This document shows, piece by piece, positions 15,070-23,852 of a stretch of 64,000 nucleotides of DNA (within the stretch, counting starts at the first letter, position 1; each line of letters begins with the position of its first letter). Where the stretch lies: the NCBI GenBank assembly GCA_963704885.1, contig CAVPIB010000001.1, positions 736,001 through 800,000 on the forward strand, given 5' to 3'. The notes beneath the pieces were generated by a model. It saw only the letters and a program-made list of their open reading frames with translations. It was not told the origin of the DNA and made no database searches. The stretch is from an uncultured Actinomycetes bacterium (GTDB lineage Bacteria; Actinomycetota; UBA4738; HRBIN12). Both the position numbers and the translations under genes were made by a program.

Positions 15070-16893
15070 GTGGCGCTCCCGCTCGAGTCGTATGCCCTCA
15101 TCGGCGACACCCATACGGCCGCGCTCGTCGGCCGTGACGGGTCGATCGACTGGCTGTGCCTGCCTCGGTTCGACTCCGGTGCCTGCTTCGCCGCCCTCCT
15201 CGGTGATGAGTCCAACGGCCGCTGGCTCGTAGCGCCGATCGAGACGCCCCAGCGGACGACGCGGCGCTACCGCCCCGACACGCTCGTCCTGGAGACCGAG
15301 CACGAGCTGTCGAGCGGCACGGTGCGGGTCACCGACTTCATGACGCCGCGGCGGGCCCAGGCGAGGGTGGTCCGGCTCGTTGAGGGGCTCCGAGGGGCCG
15401 TCGCGATGCAGACGGAGCTCGCGCTCCGATTCGACTACGGATCCGCCGTCGCGTGGCTGCGGCCGACCCGCACCGGGGTGGCCGCGGTGGCTGGTCCAGA
15501 CGCGGTCGAGTTCCGCACGCAGGTTCCGCTCGAGGTCCGTCGCGGCTACGTGACCGGTGAGTTCACGGTGCGTGCCGGGACCCGTGCGGCGTTCGTGCTG
15601 AACTGGCACCCCTCCCATCAAGACGCGCCGCCCCCGATCGATCCCTGGACGGCGGCGAAGAACACGACGCGCTTCTGGCGCGATTGGGTCTCTCGAGCGA
15701 CCTATAAGGGCGAGTGGCGCGATGCTGTCGTCCGGTCGCTGATCACGCTCAAGGCGCTCACCTATCGTCCGACCGGCGGCATCGTGGCGGCGGTGACCAC
15801 CTCGCTGCCGGAACACCTGGGCGGCGAGCGCAACTGGGACTACCGTTTCTGCTGGATCCGCGACGCCACGTTCACGCTTTACAGCCTCTTGATGGCGGGC
15901 TACGAGCGGGAGGCCGAGGCCTGGCGCGAGTGGCTCCTCCGCGCGGTTGCCGGCGACCCCTCACAGCTCCGCATCCTCTATGGACTCTCAGGTGAGCGAC
16001 GCATCCCAGAGCTCGAGCTCGACTGGTTGGCGGGCTACGAAGGTTCGCGCCCGGTGAGGGTCGGGAACGACGCCGCGCATCAGTTCCAGCTGGACGTATA
16101 TGGGGAGGTCCTCGACCTGTTGCACCAGGCCTCCCGCGAAGGACTGCCGCACGAAGCTGCCGCCTGGGAGGTCGAGCGCCGGCTCGTGGATGTGGTGGAA
16201 GCGCGGTGGCGTGAACCGGACGAGGGGATCTGGGAGGTCCGGGGCGGCCGGCGTCACTTCACGCATTCGAAGGTCATGGCCTGGGTCGGTGTCGATCGCG
16301 CGGTCCGGGACATCGAGCTGTTCGGGTTCGACGGGCCCGTTGACCGATGGCGGGCGCTCCGCGACGAGATCCACGCCGAGGTCTGCCGGGAGGGGTTCGA
16401 CGACGAGCTGGGTTCGTTCACGCAGTCATACGGCTCGAAGGATCTCGACGCCGCGCTACTGATGCTCCCCTTGGTCGGGTTCCTTCCGGCGCACGATCCT
16501 CGGATCCTCGGCACGGTCCGGGCGGTCGAGGAGCGGCTCCTGCACGATGGGTTCGTGCGCCGCTACGACCCGTCGAAGGGCGTCGACGGCGTGTCCGGCG
16601 GCGAGGGCGCCTTCCTCGCGTGCACGTGCTGGCTGGCCGACTGCCTCGCTCTGCAGGATCGAGAGGCCGATGCGCGGGAGCTGTTCGAACGGGTGCTGTC
16701 CGTCCGCAACGACGTGGGTCTTCTCTCCGAGGAGTACGACACGGTGCATGGTCGTTTGGTGGGGAACTTCCCGCAGGCGTTCTCGCACGTGTCGGTGATC
16801 GGCACAGCCCGGAACCTCTCGCGCAACGAGGTCGGACCTGCGGAACGGCGACGGAGGCTCGGGCGTAGGCGTCCGCAAGGCTCAGGGCGTTGA
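15070..16893 (+). CDS. Glycoside hydrolase family 15 (trehalase/glucoamylase-like)
   Basis: IDWLCLPRFDS, RNWDYRFCWIRD, QLDVYGE, GIWEVRG, GLLSEE, GNFPQAFSH. Confidence 0.92.
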   Translation: MALPLESYALIGDTHTAALVGRDGSIDWLCLPRFDSGACFAALLGDESNGRWLVAPIETPQRTTRRYRPDTLVLETEHELSSGTVRVTDFMTPRRAQARVVRLVEGLRGAVAMQTELALRFDYGSAVAWLRPTRTGVAAVAGPDAVEFRTQVPLEVRRGYVTGEFTVRAGTRAAFVLNWHPSHQDAPPPIDPWTAAKNTTRFWRDWVSRATYKGEWRDAVVRSLITLKALTYRPTGGIVAAVTTSLPEHLGGERNWDYRFCWIRDATFTLYSLLMAGYEREAEAWREWLLRAVAGDPSQLRILYGLSGERRIPELELDWLAGYEGSRPVRVGNDAAHQFQLDVYGEVLDLLHQASREGLPHEAAAWEVERRLVDVVEARWREPDEGIWEVRGGRRHFTHSKVMAWVGVDRAVRDIELFGFDGPVDRWRALRDEIHAEVCREGFDDELGSFTQSYGSKDLDAALLMLPLVGFLPAHDPRILGTVRAVEERLLHDGFVRRYDPSKGVDGVSGGEGAFLACTCWLADCLALQDREADARELFERVLSVRNDVGLLSEEYDTVHGRLVGNFPQAFSHVSVIGTARNLSRNEVGPAERRRRLGRRRPQGSGR

Positions 16894-16966
16894 CCTGGAT
16901 CCGATCCTGCGGTCGCGACGCCTGCCGAAGTCCCGTCTGGCATCTGCCCTAGCGTAATGTCTCCCC

Positions 16967-19900
16967 ATGCTCACCTGTCCGTCCTGCGGAACCGAGAACG
17001 CCGATGGCGCGAAGTTCTGCAACGAGTGCGGCGCCGTCCTTATCGAGGCGGAGCAGCGGCGGAAGGAGCGTAAGTTCGCGACGGCGCTCTTCGCCGACCT
17101 CGTCGGTTCAACGACGCTGGCCGAACAGGAGGACCCCGAGATCGTCCAGTCGGTCGTGGGACGCACGTTCGACCGGATGGCCGAGGAGATCGCGCGGTAC
17201 GAGGGCCTGCTGGAGAAATTCATGGGCGACGCGGTCCTAGCCGTGTTCGGCGTGCCGCGGGCTCACGAGGATGACGCTGAGCGCGCGGTCCGCGCCGCGC
17301 TCGAGATGCAGGCCGTCCTTTCCGAGCTGAATCGCGGCTTCGCCGCCGAGGGCAAGCCGACGCTCGCGATGCGGATCGGTATCGAGGCCGGTGAGGTGCT
17401 CGTCGATGTCGAGCGAGCCTCGGGCCCGCGCGACCGCATGCTCACCGGTGATGCCGTGAACACCGCGGCTCGGCTCCAGACCGCCGCCGAAGCGGCGCAG
17501 GTCGTCGTTGGCCCCGCCGTGTACGCGAGCACCAAGGACGTGATCGAGTACCGTGAGCTCGAGCCGCTCGCTCTGAAGGGCAAGGCCGAGCCGGTTCCCG
17601 CGTGGGCTGCCCTTCGCATCAAGGCCCGCACGCGCGGCGAACGGCCGCGCCTGGGTCTTGAGGCCCAGCTCGTGGGCCGCGACGAGGAGCTCGCGGTGCT
17701 GAAGCAGACGCTCCGTCGCGTCGAGACCGAGGGTCGTCCCGCCCTGGTCACGATCGTCGGGCCGGCCGGCGTCGGGAAGTCGCGCCTCGTCGCCGAGCTC
17801 GAGCACTACGTGGAAGGGCTGCCGCAGATCGTGTACTGGCGCCGAGGCCGGTGCCTGGCGTACGGCAACACCTCGTATTCGGCCTTCGCGGACGCGATCA
17901 AAGCGCAGTGCGAGATCTTCGAGGACGACGCCGCAGAGGTGGCCGCGAAGAAGGCAGACGCAGCCGTGCGCGAGCTGTTCGGCGACGAGAGCGTGGCCCC
18001 GCAGATCCGCGCGCTCGTCGGCGCCGGTGAACCCCGCGCGATGAGCCGCGAAGACCTGTTCGAGGCGTGGCGTCGGTTCCTCGAACGCCTCGCCGCTCGC
18101 TACCCGCTGGTGCTCGTGCTCGACGACGTCCACTGGGCCGACGGAGGTCTCCTCGATCTGGTCGAGCACGTCGCCGACTGGGCGCAGGGTCCGATCATGC
18201 TGGTCGCGACAGCGCGGCCCGAGTTGTTCGAGACCCGCACGACGTGGGGCGGCGGCAAGCGCAACGCGGCGTCCATCTATCTCGACCCGCTCTCGGAGGC
18301 GGAGGGCGAGGCCATGCTCGACGACCTGCTCTCGGGGCCGATCGCGCCTGAGCTGAAACGTTCGATCATCGAAAGGAGCGAGGGCAACCCGCTCTACGTC
18401 GAGGAGATCGTCCGCAAGCTGATCGACGACGGCGTACTGCGCGCGACCGAGGCCTCCAAGTGGGAGGTCGCTCGGCCGGTGGGAGACGTCGAGCTTCCGC
18501 GTTCGATCCAAGGATTGATCGCCACGCGCCTGGACGGGCTGCCCGAGGACGAGAAGGCGGTTCTCCAGGACGCGGCGGTCGTCGGCAGGGTGTTCTGGGT
18601 GGGTGCCGTCGCCGATCTCACCGGAAAGAGCACCGGTGAGATCCGGGACGCGCTCGGACGCCTGCGTGTGAAGGAGCTCGTCCTTCCACACGAGCCCTCG
18701 TCGTTCTCGGATGAGCACGAGTTCTCCTTCCGCCACAACCTGATCCGCGACGGCGCGTACGACTCACTTCCGAAGACGCTACGTGCGGATCTCCACGGGG
18801 GCGTCGCGCGATGGGCCGAGCGGCAGGCCGGCGATCGGGCGGATGAGATCGCCGAGCTGATCGCGAGCCACCTGCTCGAGGCTCTCGGCTACCTCGATGA
18901 GCTCGGCGAGGTGGGAGACGAAAGCGGCGAGCTGCGGCGCGATGCACTCCGCTGGACCCGAGCCGCCGCAGTCCGCACATCTGCGCTCTGGCAGCGCGAC
19001 GAGTCGGCTCGTTGGTTCCGGGAAGCCGAACGGCTCGAGGATGCCCTCGAGCTGCCGCCGTCGGAGCGGGTGGAGTTGGTGCGCGGGCACGTCGATGCTT
19101 CGTGGGGAACCGAGCCGATCACTGAGACGGAACGTGTCGTCCGCCGCGCGCTCGAGGTCTACCAGGCTCTCGATGACCAGGTCGGGGTCGGTTGGGTCTG
19201 GGCCCGCCTAGTGGTAATGCTGCTGATGCAGGCACGCGACGAGGAGGCCGAGGCGGCTGGACGGACCGCGGTGCAGACGCTCGAGCCTCTCGGCGAGCGC
19301 CCTGAGCTCGCCGACGCCCTTCACCGCCTCGGGTGGTACCTGTGGCGCCGGGGGCGGAACGATGAGGCCGAACCGTTGCTTCGCCGCGCCGTCGAGATGG
19401 CGGGGCGCGTCGAGTCGGCGCTGGTACGCGCGGAGTCGATGCAAACGCTCGCCGCGTGTCTCGCCGCCCAGGGGGGATCCGAGGAAGCCGTCGAGACCAT
19501 CGAGGAAGCGTTCCGTCTTGCCAAGGATCTCGGCGACTTCTCCAACCTCATGCGCTGCTACAACAACCTTCCTTCGGTCGTGGCGGACTTCGCGTCGGAC
19601 TATCGCCGAGCAGATACGGTGCTGCGCGAAGGGCTCGAGCTCGCGCGGCGGGCGGGGTCGCTCTCGCATATGGGGTGGCTCGTGGGAAGCGTCGGCGACA
19701 TCGGCTTCCGTCTCGGCAACCTCGAGGAGAGCGAGGCGCTTCAGCGCGAGGCTTTGGAGCTTGCAGAGAGGGTGGGTGATGAACCGCTGCGGGGGATGCG
19801 GCTGACCGGTCTCGCGGCGGCCGTCCTGTTCCGAGGCCGTGTCGGGGAGGCCGAGACGATCTTCCTCGAGTCGGTCCCCATACTGAACGAGAACCCCGAG

Positions 19901-20392
19901 CCTCAGAGCCAGATCTTCATCCCGCAGCTCGCAGGCCTTCTCGCGCTCGTGCGCGGCGAGAACGAGACCGCCGCCGCGTCGTTCGAGGTCATGATCCAGC
20001 AGCTGCGGACGTTCAACGTCGAGGCGGCCCCCGATGTGTTCCCCGATCTCGCACGTGCGCTCCATCGCGCCGGTCGGGTGGCCGAAGCGAGGGACTACCG
20101 CGACCTTTCAGAGCTCGGCCGTTCGCCGGCCGCCCTCGCGAACGCGGCGCTCGTCGAAGGCATGCTCGCAGAAGATCCGGCAGACGCGCGGCAGCTCCTG
20201 GCAGGCGGAGTCGCGGTTCTCGAGGAGCTCGGCCTGAGGATCGACGCAGCACGAGCGATGGGCGATCTGGCCCGCGCGATGGCCCGCGTCGGAGAGGACC
20301 CGGTGCCCGTGTTGGATCGCGCGCGGGACATCCTCACCGAGTGTGACGCGCGCGCGTTCCTGTTCGAGGTCGAGGAGGCCTACGGGCGGTAG
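16967..20392 (+). CDS. Zinc ribbon / class III adenylate cyclase / AAA-STAND ATPase / TPR-like protein
   Basis: CPSC..CNEC, FADLVGST, EKFMGDA, GDAVNTAARLQ, Walker A GPAGVGKS, Walker B VLDDVHW, EGNPLY, helical repeat C-terminus. Confidence 0.93.
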   Translation: MLTCPSCGTENADGAKFCNECGAVLIEAEQRRKERKFATALFADLVGSTTLAEQEDPEIVQSVVGRTFDRMAEEIARYEGLLEKFMGDAVLAVFGVPRAHEDDAERAVRAALEMQAVLSELNRGFAAEGKPTLAMRIGIEAGEVLVDVERASGPRDRMLTGDAVNTAARLQTAAEAAQVVVGPAVYASTKDVIEYRELEPLALKGKAEPVPAWAALRIKARTRGERPRLGLEAQLVGRDEELAVLKQTLRRVETEGRPALVTIVGPAGVGKSRLVAELEHYVEGLPQIVYWRRGRCLAYGNTSYSAFADAIKAQCEIFEDDAAEVAAKKADAAVRELFGDESVAPQIRALVGAGEPRAMSREDLFEAWRRFLERLAARYPLVLVLDDVHWADGGLLDLVEHVADWAQGPIMLVATARPELFETRTTWGGGKRNAASIYLDPLSEAEGEAMLDDLLSGPIAPELKRSIIERSEGNPLYVEEIVRKLIDDGVLRATEASKWEVARPVGDVELPRSIQGLIATRLDGLPEDEKAVLQDAAVVGRVFWVGAVADLTGKSTGEIRDALGRLRVKELVLPHEPSSFSDEHEFSFRHNLIRDGAYDSLPKTLRADLHGGVARWAERQAGDRADEIAELIASHLLEALGYLDELGEVGDESGELRRDALRWTRAAAVRTSALWQRDESARWFREAERLEDALELPPSERVELVRGHVDASWGTEPITETERVVRRALEVYQALDDQVGVGWVWARLVVMLLMQARDEEAEAAGRTAVQTLEPLGERPELADALHRLGWYLWRRGRNDEAEPLLRRAVEMAGRVESALVRAESMQTLAACLAAQGGSEEAVETIEEAFRLAKDLGDFSNLMRCYNNLPSVVADFASDYRRADTVLREGLELARRAGSLSHMGWLVGSVGDIGFRLGNLEESEALQREALELAERVGDEPLRGMRLTGLAAAVLFRGRVGEAETIFLESVPILNENPEPQSQIFIPQLAGLLALVRGENETAAASFEVMIQQLRTFNVEAAPDVFPDLARALHRAGRVAEARDYRDLSELGRSPAALANAALVEGMLAEDPADARQLLAGGVAVLEELGLRIDAARAMGDLARAMARVGEDPVPVLDRARDILTECDARAFLFEVEEAYGR

Positions 20393-20877
20393 TTCGTGAA
20401 CTGAAGCGCGATCCCGAAGTCGTGTCCCTTCACCGCGGCGATGGCCTTCTGCAGGTCGTCCTTGCTCTTGCCCAGGATGCGGACCTGGGCGCCTTGGATC
20501 TGGGTCTGCACCTTGAGGCCGCTCGACTTCACGAACTTCGTGATCTCCTTCGTCTTCTCCTCGGAGATCCCGGTCATCACCGTGACGGCCTGCCGCACAT
20601 GGCCCTTGGCCGCCGGGTGGATCTCGCCCTCGGAGAGCGCCTTCAGCGGGACGGTCCGTTTGATCGCCTTCTCCTTCAGGACCTGGAGCGCCGCCTTCAG
20701 CCGGTCCTCGGTCGAGGAGCGGAGCTCGATCGTCGTGTGATCCTGTGTAAGAGAGGTCTCGGTGGCTTTGAAGTCGAAGCGCTGGGCGATCTCGCGGCCG
20801 GCTTGATCGACGGCGTTGCGTACCTCCTGCATGTCCACCTCGGAGACGATGTCGAACGAGAACTGATCCTTCGCCAT
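20380..20877 (-). CDS. yajQ: YajQ family nucleotide/c-di-GMP-binding protein
   Basis: SFDIVSEVDMQEVRNAVDQA, RFDFK, QIQG, KDDLQ, LQFTNYR; 13-bp convergent overlap with the cyclase gene. Confidence 0.95.
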   Translation of the reverse strand: MAKDQFSFDIVSEVDMQEVRNAVDQAGREIAQRFDFKATETSLTQDHTTIELRSSTEDRLKAALQVLKEKAIKRTVPLKALSEGEIHPAAKGHVRQAVTVMTGISEEKTKEITKFVKSSGLKVQTQIQGAQVRILGKSKDDLQKAIAAVKGHDFGIALQFTNYRP

Positions 20878-20935
20878 GCGCGTGAGGATACCGCCGACCG
20901 TCGGGCGGTGCCGTTCGTTACCATGTGCCTATCCC

Positions 20936-21020
20936 GGGAGGATGCCCGAGTGGCCAAAGGGAGCGGTCTGTAAAATCGCCGGCGTAGCCTACGGAGGTTC
21001 GAATCCTCCTCCTCCCACCA
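20936..21020 (+). tRNA. tRNA-Tyr(GTA), long variable arm, CCA encoded
   Basis: Acceptor GGGAGGA/TCCTCCC, anticodon arm gcggt-CTGTAAA-atcgc, T-loop GGTTCGAATCC. Confidence 0.97.
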
Positions 21021-21067
21021 AACAACCAACCAACCAACCAACCGACAGACTCACTCAACCAACCAAC
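21021..21067 (+). repeat. AACC microsatellite
   Basis: Five perfect AACC units at 21024-21043, degenerate 4-mers, then AACCAACCAAC at 21057-21067. Confidence 0.9.
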
Positions 21068-21559
21068 TCAGCTCGCCGCTTTCTTCACGAGCACGCGGAT
21101 CTGCGCCTCTTCGGCGGCGGTCAACTCCTTCAGCGCGAAGGCGGTCGGCCACATGGCTCCCTTGTCGAGGTTCGCCTCGTCGCTGAAGCCGAACGTCGCA
21201 TACCTCGAGTTGAACTTCTGCGCGCTCTGGAAGAAGCAGACGACCTTGCCGTCCTCGGCATACGCAGGCATCCCGTACCAGGTCTTCGGCCAGAGGTCCG
21301 GCGCGCTGGCTTGGACGATCGCATGGAGCCGCTTGGCCATGGCGCGATCCGGTTCCCTCATCGCGGCGATCGCCGCAAGCACGTCGCGTTCCCCCTCCGC
21401 CCTGTTCTTGTTCGCGCGCGCTTCCGCCTTCAGCTCTTGGGCGCGAGCCTTCATCGCGGCTCGCTCGTCGTCCGTGAATCCCGCGACCTTCTTGTTGCTC
21501 GCGGCGGCGCTCTTTGCGGACTTCTGCGGCGCCTTCGTTGCGGGCTTCCTTTCAGGCAT
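21068..21559 (-). CDS. DUF1801/YdhG-like protein
   Basis: [31 protein letters not shown]; AGGAGG RBS. Confidence 0.8.
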   Translation of the reverse strand: MPERKPATKAPQKSAKSAAASNKKVAGFTDDERAAMKARAQELKAEARANKNRAEGERDVLAAIAAMREPDRAMAKRLHAIVQASAPDLWPKTWYGMPAYAEDGKVVCFFQSAQKFNSRYATFGFSDEANLDKGAMWPTAFALKELTAAEEAQIRVLVKKAAS

Positions 21560-21583
21560 TGCGAAGCACCTCCTCCTGACGGC

Positions 21584-21884
21584 TCAGCGCTGCTCCTGGA
21601 TGCGGATCAGGTTGCCCGCGGGATCGCGGACGGCGCAGTCGCGAACCCTCAGCCATCATCTCGGCGATGGCGCGGCGCTCGTCGTCGGTGACGCCGGGGT
21701 CTGTGGCCGGTGGCTCCGGGTCGATGGACGTGCCGGGTTGGCCCGCGAAGCCGACCGTGATCCCGTGCATCCCGCCGTGTTCGACGTCGTTGCGCACCTC
21801 GAAGCCGAGGGTGTCGCGATAGAAGGCCAGAGGGGCGTCCGGATCGTTGTGCGGGAGGAAGCTCGCGTGGATGGTGATGTCCAT
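21584..21884 (-). pseudogene. VOC/glyoxalase family gene with internal deletion and frameshift
   Basis: N-terminus MDITIHASFLPH..AFYRDTLGFEV in one frame; C-terminus VRDCAVRDPAGNLIRIQEQR-stop in another, joined near 21646. Confidence 0.8.
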
Positions 21885-22032
21885 GGCGGTCATGATAGGT
21901 GCGGCTCGGCTCGGCGCGGGGTGTGGGCATACGGCTGGCCGAGCGCTGGCCCATGGACGGGAGGACCTGTGGCTACTCCCCGAAGAGGGGACGATTCCGT
22001 GAGGTCAGGGAGTTCTGAGAACACCCCACCGA

Positions 22033-22053
22033 TGTGATGTCTCGGGACATCGT
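22033..22053. mobile_element. Orphan IS481-like terminal inverted repeat
   Basis: TGTGATGTCTCGGGACATCGT, TGT-terminated with internal GATGTC/GACATC palindrome, resembling actinobacterial IS481 ends from recall; no transposase nearby. Confidence 0.5.
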
Positions 22054-22125
22054 GCCGATATGTCTCCTGCCGTGCTCCTCTCCATGGGGAGCTATGGTGA
22101 GTTCGTCCGTGATAGGAGGGGTGGG

Positions 22126-22581
22126 ATGCCCGGAGGCAAGGCGCGCCTACCACCGCGATGGTTCGTCGTGACCGCCTGGCATGTGCACCGACGGATCGTG
22201 CGAGCGAGCCGAGGCCGCAAGGGTCTGTGGCCTCCGCGCCCGGGAAAGTGGGGTGCCTTGCGGCTCACCACGAGAGGCCGGCGCAGCGGCGAGCCGCGGA
22301 GCGTCATCCTCGGCTACTACGAGGACGGGCCCAACCTTGTCTCGATGGCCATGAATGGCTGGGGTGCGGCCGAGCCAGCCTGGTGGCTGAACCTGCAGGC
22401 TCACCCGGAGGCGGTCGTCGAGCTGGCTGGTGGGCTCCGGCGCAAGGTGCTCGGCAGGGCCGCGATCGGCGGGGAGCGTGAACGCCTGTGGCAGCGCTGG
22501 CGCGAACTGGACAAGAACCTGGACGACTACGCCGCACGGCGCCCACAAGACACGGCGGTCGTCGTCCTCGAGAACACCTAA
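22126..22581 (+). CDS. Deazaflavin (F420)-dependent nitroreductase family protein
   Basis: LTTRGRRSGEPR, PAWWLNLQAHP, ERERLW, YAAR; AGGAGG RBS before ATG 22126. Confidence 0.85.
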   Translation: MPGGKARLPPRWFVVTAWHVHRRIVRASRGRKGLWPPRPGKWGALRLTTRGRRSGEPRSVILGYYEDGPNLVSMAMNGWGAAEPAWWLNLQAHPEAVVELAGGLRRKVLGRAAIGGERERLWQRWRELDKNLDDYAARRPQDTAVVVLENT

Positions 22582-22591
22582 CCGACCGAAG

Positions 22592-23782
22592 CTAGTCGGG
22601 GAGGAGCGGAACCCGGAGGCCCTCCCGACGCCCCACCAGGACGCCGCGCGTGATGGCCGACGATCCGAAGCGGTCACGCACCGCGTCGAGCGTGGCATCG
22701 ATGGAAGAACCGAGCGAGCCATCGAAGGGCAACGCGAGCTGGATCGCGCTGTCGTCGTGGAGGTTGGTGAAGCTCACGCCGATCAGCGTGATGCCCTGAT
22801 CCCGGATCATCGGCAGGGCCGCGGCGAGCAGGGCTCTCGCGGCCGCGAGCATCGTCTCGGTGTCGGCCGTCGCCTCGGGCAGCGTGTGCGACCGCGTCGC
22901 CCGAGTGAAGTCGTCGAAGCGGAGGCGGAGCACGACCGTGCGGCAGACCCGGTGCGCCGTTCGCAGCCTGCGCCCCAGGCGATCCATCAGCGCGATGAGG
23001 TCGGCGTCGAGCGTCTCCGGTGACCTCGGTCTTCGGCCGAGGGCCCGCTGGGTCCCGATCGAGCGGCGGCGGCGGCCGGCGTCGACCCGCCGAGGATCCC
23101 GATTGTGAGCCAGCGCGTGGATATGACGGCCGGCGGCGCGCCCCAAGATCTGCACCAGGGAGGTTTCGCCGAGCTGCGCAACCTCAGCCACGGTGGTGAT
23201 CGAGTGCTCGCGGAGCTTCCTCGCGGTGACCGGCCCCACGCCCCACAGGCGCTCGACGGGCAGTGGGTGGAGGAACTCCAGCTCGCCGTCGACGGGCACA
23301 ACGAGCAGCCCGTCGGGCTTGGCGACCGCGCTCGCGACCTTTGCGAGGAACTTCGTCCGGGCCACTCCCACCGTCACCGGCAACCCGACCCTCTCGAGGA
23401 TCTCGCGGCGCAGGCGTACCGCGATCTCCGACGGGGTCCCCGAGATGCGTAGGAGGCCCCCGACGTCCAGGAAGGCCTCGTCGATAGACAGCCCTTCCAC
23501 GAAGGGCGTCGTGTCGTTGAACACCTCGAACATGGCCTTGCTCGCGGCGCTGTAGACGTCCATCCGTGGCGCGACGACGATCGCCTGCGGGCACAGCCGC
23601 ATCGCTTGGACCTGGCCCATCGGCGTACGCACGCCGTACGCCTTGGCCTCGTAGCTGGCGGCCAGCACCACGCCGCCGCCGACGATCACCGGGCGGCCTC
23701 TCAGTCCCGGGTCGTCTCGCTGTTCGACCGACGCGTAGAAGGAGTCGGCGTCGGCGTGCAGGATCGTGCCCTCATTCGACAC
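22592..23782 (-). CDS. dinB: DNA polymerase IV
   Basis: HADADSFYASVE, AASYEAKAYGV, SIDEAFLD, KFLAKVAS, KPDG, LWGVG. Confidence 0.95.
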   Translation of the reverse strand: MSNEGTILHADADSFYASVEQRDDPGLRGRPVIVGGGVVLAASYEAKAYGVRTPMGQVQAMRLCPQAIVVAPRMDVYSAASKAMFEVFNDTTPFVEGLSIDEAFLDVGGLLRISGTPSEIAVRLRREILERVGLPVTVGVARTKFLAKVASAVAKPDGLLVVPVDGELEFLHPLPVERLWGVGPVTARKLREHSITTVAEVAQLGETSLVQILGRAAGRHIHALAHNRDPRRVDAGRRRRSIGTQRALGRRPRSPETLDADLIALMDRLGRRLRTAHRVCRTVVLRLRFDDFTRATRSHTLPEATADTETMLAAARALLAAALPMIRDQGITLIGVSFTNLHDDSAIQLALPFDGSLGSSIDATLDAVRDRFGSSAITRGVLVGRREGLRVPLLPD

Positions 23783-23795
23783 GAGCGTATGCTCG
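23782..23795. promoter_or_regulatory. SOS-box-like palindrome (variant)
   Basis: CGAGC-GTAT-GCTCG at the dinB start; canonical Gram-positive/actinobacterial box is CGAAC-N4-GTTCG. Confidence 0.55.
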
Positions 23796-23852
23796 CATCA
23801 GCCTCCGACATCCGGGACCTACCGTCGCCGGAGTGGGTACTCTCGGAAAGCC

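Noticed and set aside
21021-21067. Possible CRISPR-like array
   Set aside because: 4-bp microsatellite with no repeat-spacer structure and no cas genes
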